DNA from: Candidatus Latescibacterota bacterium
GTDB lineage: Bacteria > Latescibacterota > UBA2968 > GCA-2709665
Assembly: GCA_963662665.2 (NCBI GenBank)
Contig: CAXXJS010000040.1
Coordinates: 96,001 to 160,000 of the forward strand
Length of the DNA: 64,000 nt
Direction: 5' to 3'
Shown here piece by piece: positions 61,630 through 64,000 of this stretch (position 1 is the first letter of the stretch; every line of letters starts with the position of its first letter). The notes beneath the pieces are model-generated. The model ran no database searches, was not told where the DNA came from, and was given only the letters and a program-made list of their open reading frames with translations. The translations under genes were made by a program, and so were the position numbers.

Positions 61630-62850
61630 TCATGACTGCGCCTGCCCGTCCCTGAAGAAACGCCCGAAGAGTTCGACGATCCGATCCAGGTCGGTCAATC
61701 TGAGGTCCTGGTGGCAACCGATATAGAATCCACTTCTGTTGATCCACCCGGCAACGGGATAGTCCGTCTCCCTGATTCCCAGCAGGCGCTGGTAGAGAGG
61801 CTGATTGGTCAGCGGAAGCATCTCTCGCGTCTCGACCCGGTTCTGCTCCAGAAAATTCACGAATGTGTCCTTTTTCCGGTCCCTAAGGACAATCGGATAC
61901 ATCATGAATGAATGTTCACATTCCGGACGAACCCGCGGAAGCTGCAAAACCGCTCCGTGTTCGGACAACCTCCGGGTCAGATAGTCGGCGTTATTTCGCC
62001 GGGCGGCGATCATGTCCGACCCGACCTCGAGCTGCGCCAGCCCCAGAGCGGCCTCCATCTCGGTTAACCGGAAGCTATAGCCAAGACTTACGAAAGAAAA
62101 CCGACGGGCGACGATTCTACGAAGTTCCTCGGGCGACTTCCGGTCGTCGTCGTCTATATTCAGGTACGTCGAATCCCTGCCGTGGTTGATCAGCGATCTC
62201 AGCTTTTTCGCGTAATCGGGATGGTCGGTCGTATTCAAACCGCCCACTCCGGTGGTCAGCAGGTGCGCCGCATAGGTGGAAAAACACCCGATTTCCCCCA
62301 GACTTCCCACGCTCCGGCCCTTGTATCCGGCGAACATGGTCTCGGCCGAATCTTCAATGACTTTAAGACCGTACCGCCCCGCAAGATCGAGGATAGGATC
62401 CATGTCGCACGGTTGTCCGAAGACATGGACAGGAATGATCGCCCTTGTACGGGACGTGATTGAGGCCTCGATCTTTCCGGGGTCCATATCATAGTGGACC
62501 GGATCGACGTCCACCAGCACCGGACGCATCCGTCCGTGAAATACGATATTCGCCGTTCCGGCGAAGGTCACCGCGGGCAGGATGACCTCGTCTCCATCGT
62601 CCCACCCGTGCAATTCCTTCAGCGCGGCCAGAGCCACCAGAAGAGCGCTCGTTCCGCTGTTGCTCATCACACCGAACCGACAGCCGTGCGCACGGGCGAA
62701 GCCGGCTTCGAACGCCTGTGTCATCGGACCGTACGACAGCCGGTTGCTTTCGAGGACCTTGTTTACCAGCGCTCTGGCGCGGCGACTGACGTTCATCGTG
62801 CCAACGCCGATCACCGGCGGCCGGATTTCACGGTCTTCGGACACCTCCAA
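61630..62850 (-). CDS. DegT-fold PLP enzyme with His at the catalytic Lys position (ColD/E1-like sugar 3-dehydratase)
   Basis: NSGTSA, IEDSAE, FSTYAAHLLTTGVGG; start uncertain (TTG 62850 or GTG 62844 after AGGAGG). Confidence 0.8.
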   Translation of the reverse strand: MEVSEDREIRPPVIGVGTMNVSRRARALVNKVLESNRLSYGPMTQAFEAGFARAHGCRFGVMSNSGTSALLVALAALKELHGWDDGDEVILPAVTFAGTANIVFHGRMRPVLVDVDPVHYDMDPGKIEASITSRTRAIIPVHVFGQPCDMDPILDLAGRYGLKVIEDSAETMFAGYKGRSVGSLGEIGCFSTYAAHLLTTGVGGLNTTDHPDYAKKLRSLINHGRDSTYLNIDDDDRKSPEELRRIVARRFSFVSLGYSFRLTEMEAALGLAQLEVGSDMIAARRNNADYLTRRLSEHGAVLQLPRVRPECEHSFMMYPIVLRDRKKDTFVNFLEQNRVETREMLPLTNQPLYQRLLGIRETDYPVAGWINRSGFYIGCHQDLRLTDLDRIVELFGRFFRDGQAQS

Positions 62851-62891
62851 CCTGCCTCCTGGTGTTCTTCCGGTCGAGGATTTGTACGGGC

Positions 62892-63824
62892 CTACTGCTT
62901 CTCGTACCACGAAATCATACGCCGAAGCCCTTCATCCAGGGAGGTTGTGGCTTCGAATCCAAAATGCCGCTTCGCCCGCGTCACATCCACGCATCGCCTC
63001 GGTTGGCCGTTCGGCCTGTTCCGGTCCCAGCGAACCCGGCCGGCAAATCCCGCGACATGACGGATCTTCCCGGCGAGATCCCGGATGGAGATCTCCTCTC
63101 CGGATCCCAGGTTGACCGGCTCTGACAGATCATATGATTCCGAAGCAAGCAATATGCCCTCTGCCGCGTCCTCGACGTACAGAAACTCGCGCGTGGGGGA
63201 GCCGTCTCCCCAGAGCGTGACGTGGTCGTGCCCGAGATTCCGGGCGTCCACGAACTTTCGCACCATTGACGCGAGTCCATGGGATGTCTCAGGATCGAGG
63301 TTTTCTCCCGGTCCGTAGAGGTTGGTCATCAGCAGGTGAATCGCGTTGTAGCCGTATTCGGCGCGGTAGGCCTGGCTCTGCACGAGCATCATCTTTTTGG
63401 CCAGACCATAAGGCGCGTTTGTCTCTTCAGGATAGCCGTCCCAGAGATCTTCTTCTTTGAAGGGTACCGGCGTGGACCCTGGATAGGCGCACACCGATCC
63501 GATACCTACAAACTTCGGCGTCCCAAACCTGCGGGCCTGCTCAAGCAGATGGGCGCCCATTACCAGATTATCGTAAAAAAAACGGCCCGGATACCGCTGA
63601 TTGGCGCCAATGCCGCCAACGGAACCGGCCAGATGAATGATCAGGTGAGGCCGCGCGGCCTCGTACAGGCGACGTACGGCTGTCTGCTCCCGCAAGTCGT
63701 GGTCCCGGCTGCGCGGCGCGAATATCGAACGGCAACCCCGTTTGCGCAGTTTCCGAACCACGTACCGGCCCAGAAAACCGGCGCCGCCGGTAACCGCAAC
63801 CCGTTTGTCGGTCCAGAACCCCAT
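62892..63824 (-). CDS. fcl: GDP-L-fucose synthase family reductase (Fcl/ColC-like)
   Basis: [39 protein letters not shown]. Confidence 0.85.
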   Translation of the reverse strand: MGFWTDKRVAVTGGAGFLGRYVVRKLRKRGCRSIFAPRSRDHDLREQTAVRRLYEAARPHLIIHLAGSVGGIGANQRYPGRFFYDNLVMGAHLLEQARRFGTPKFVGIGSVCAYPGSTPVPFKEEDLWDGYPEETNAPYGLAKKMMLVQSQAYRAEYGYNAIHLLMTNLYGPGENLDPETSHGLASMVRKFVDARNLGHDHVTLWGDGSPTREFLYVEDAAEGILLASESYDLSEPVNLGSGEEISIRDLAGKIRHVAGFAGRVRWDRNRPNGQPRRCVDVTRAKRHFGFEATTSLDEGLRRMISWYEKQ

Positions 63825-63870
63825 TTGTATGGCCTCACGTTCTTGCGTGCTGGTGTTCCAATCCAACGCA

Positions 63871-63899
63871 AAGGTATGTGGATTCGCGCCAGGGGTCAA
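63871..63899 (-). promoter_or_regulatory. Putative sigma70 promoter for the GDP-sugar operon
   Basis: TTGACC-N17-TACCTT on the minus strand. Confidence 0.5.
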
Positions 63900-64000
63900 G
63901 CCAAAAGCGGAAAAAGGAGGCCGTCCGGAGGGTTGGGCCCGGAAGGATGACGGGGCGGCTCTCAAGGGCGGGTTCAGCGAGTGCTCAGGTTTCGCGCATC

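Noticed and set aside
63900-64000. Riboswitch or ncRNA at the window end
   Set aside because: GC-rich stems are possible, but no family motif was recognised and the sequence is truncated

Overview
GC-rich bacterial chromosomal window. Lineage cannot be assigned from sequence alone; the PhyH, Gfo/Idh/MocA and CRTAC1/ASPIC gene content resembles Latescibacterota/Gemmatimonadota-type marine MAGs. Three blocks. (1) 1-8 kb: metabolic genes on the minus strand (CRTAC1/ASPIC, M14 peptidase, transglutaminase-like protein, two homocysteine S-methyltransferases, Gfo/Idh/MocA). (2) About 8.5-37.5 kb: a defence and mobile-element island. A SNF2 helicase - DUF4391 - Mod - Res type III R-M backbone carries cargo in most gaps: a pentapeptide-FRG fusion; a translationally coupled pair of an MGH-starting helical protein plus a QatC-like QueC enzyme fused to a PD-(D/E)XK nuclease; a putative membrane effector; and an orphan HEPN protein. 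Mod is split by an IS1182 next to its SAM-binding motif, and the QueC cassette is bracketed by two copies of the mod 3' end. The block also holds an IS630, an IS21 that splits a class V aminotransferase, a 159-bp MITE, five 172-bp tandem repeats, a duplicated four-helix-bundle gene inside heptamer tracts, and an AAA-DUF4143 gene flanked by 23-bp repeat arrays. (3) 37.7-64 kb: RND efflux operon, PhyH dioxygenases, M16 peptidase, PLP enzymes, frdABCD, fumC, LysR and a GDP-sugar operon, possibly for colitose. The best candidate for a new system is the two-gene QueC-nuclease module at 19216-21842. No tRNA, rRNA, CRISPR array, integrase or reverse transcriptase was recognised. All family calls come from motif recognition by eye, not from database searches.
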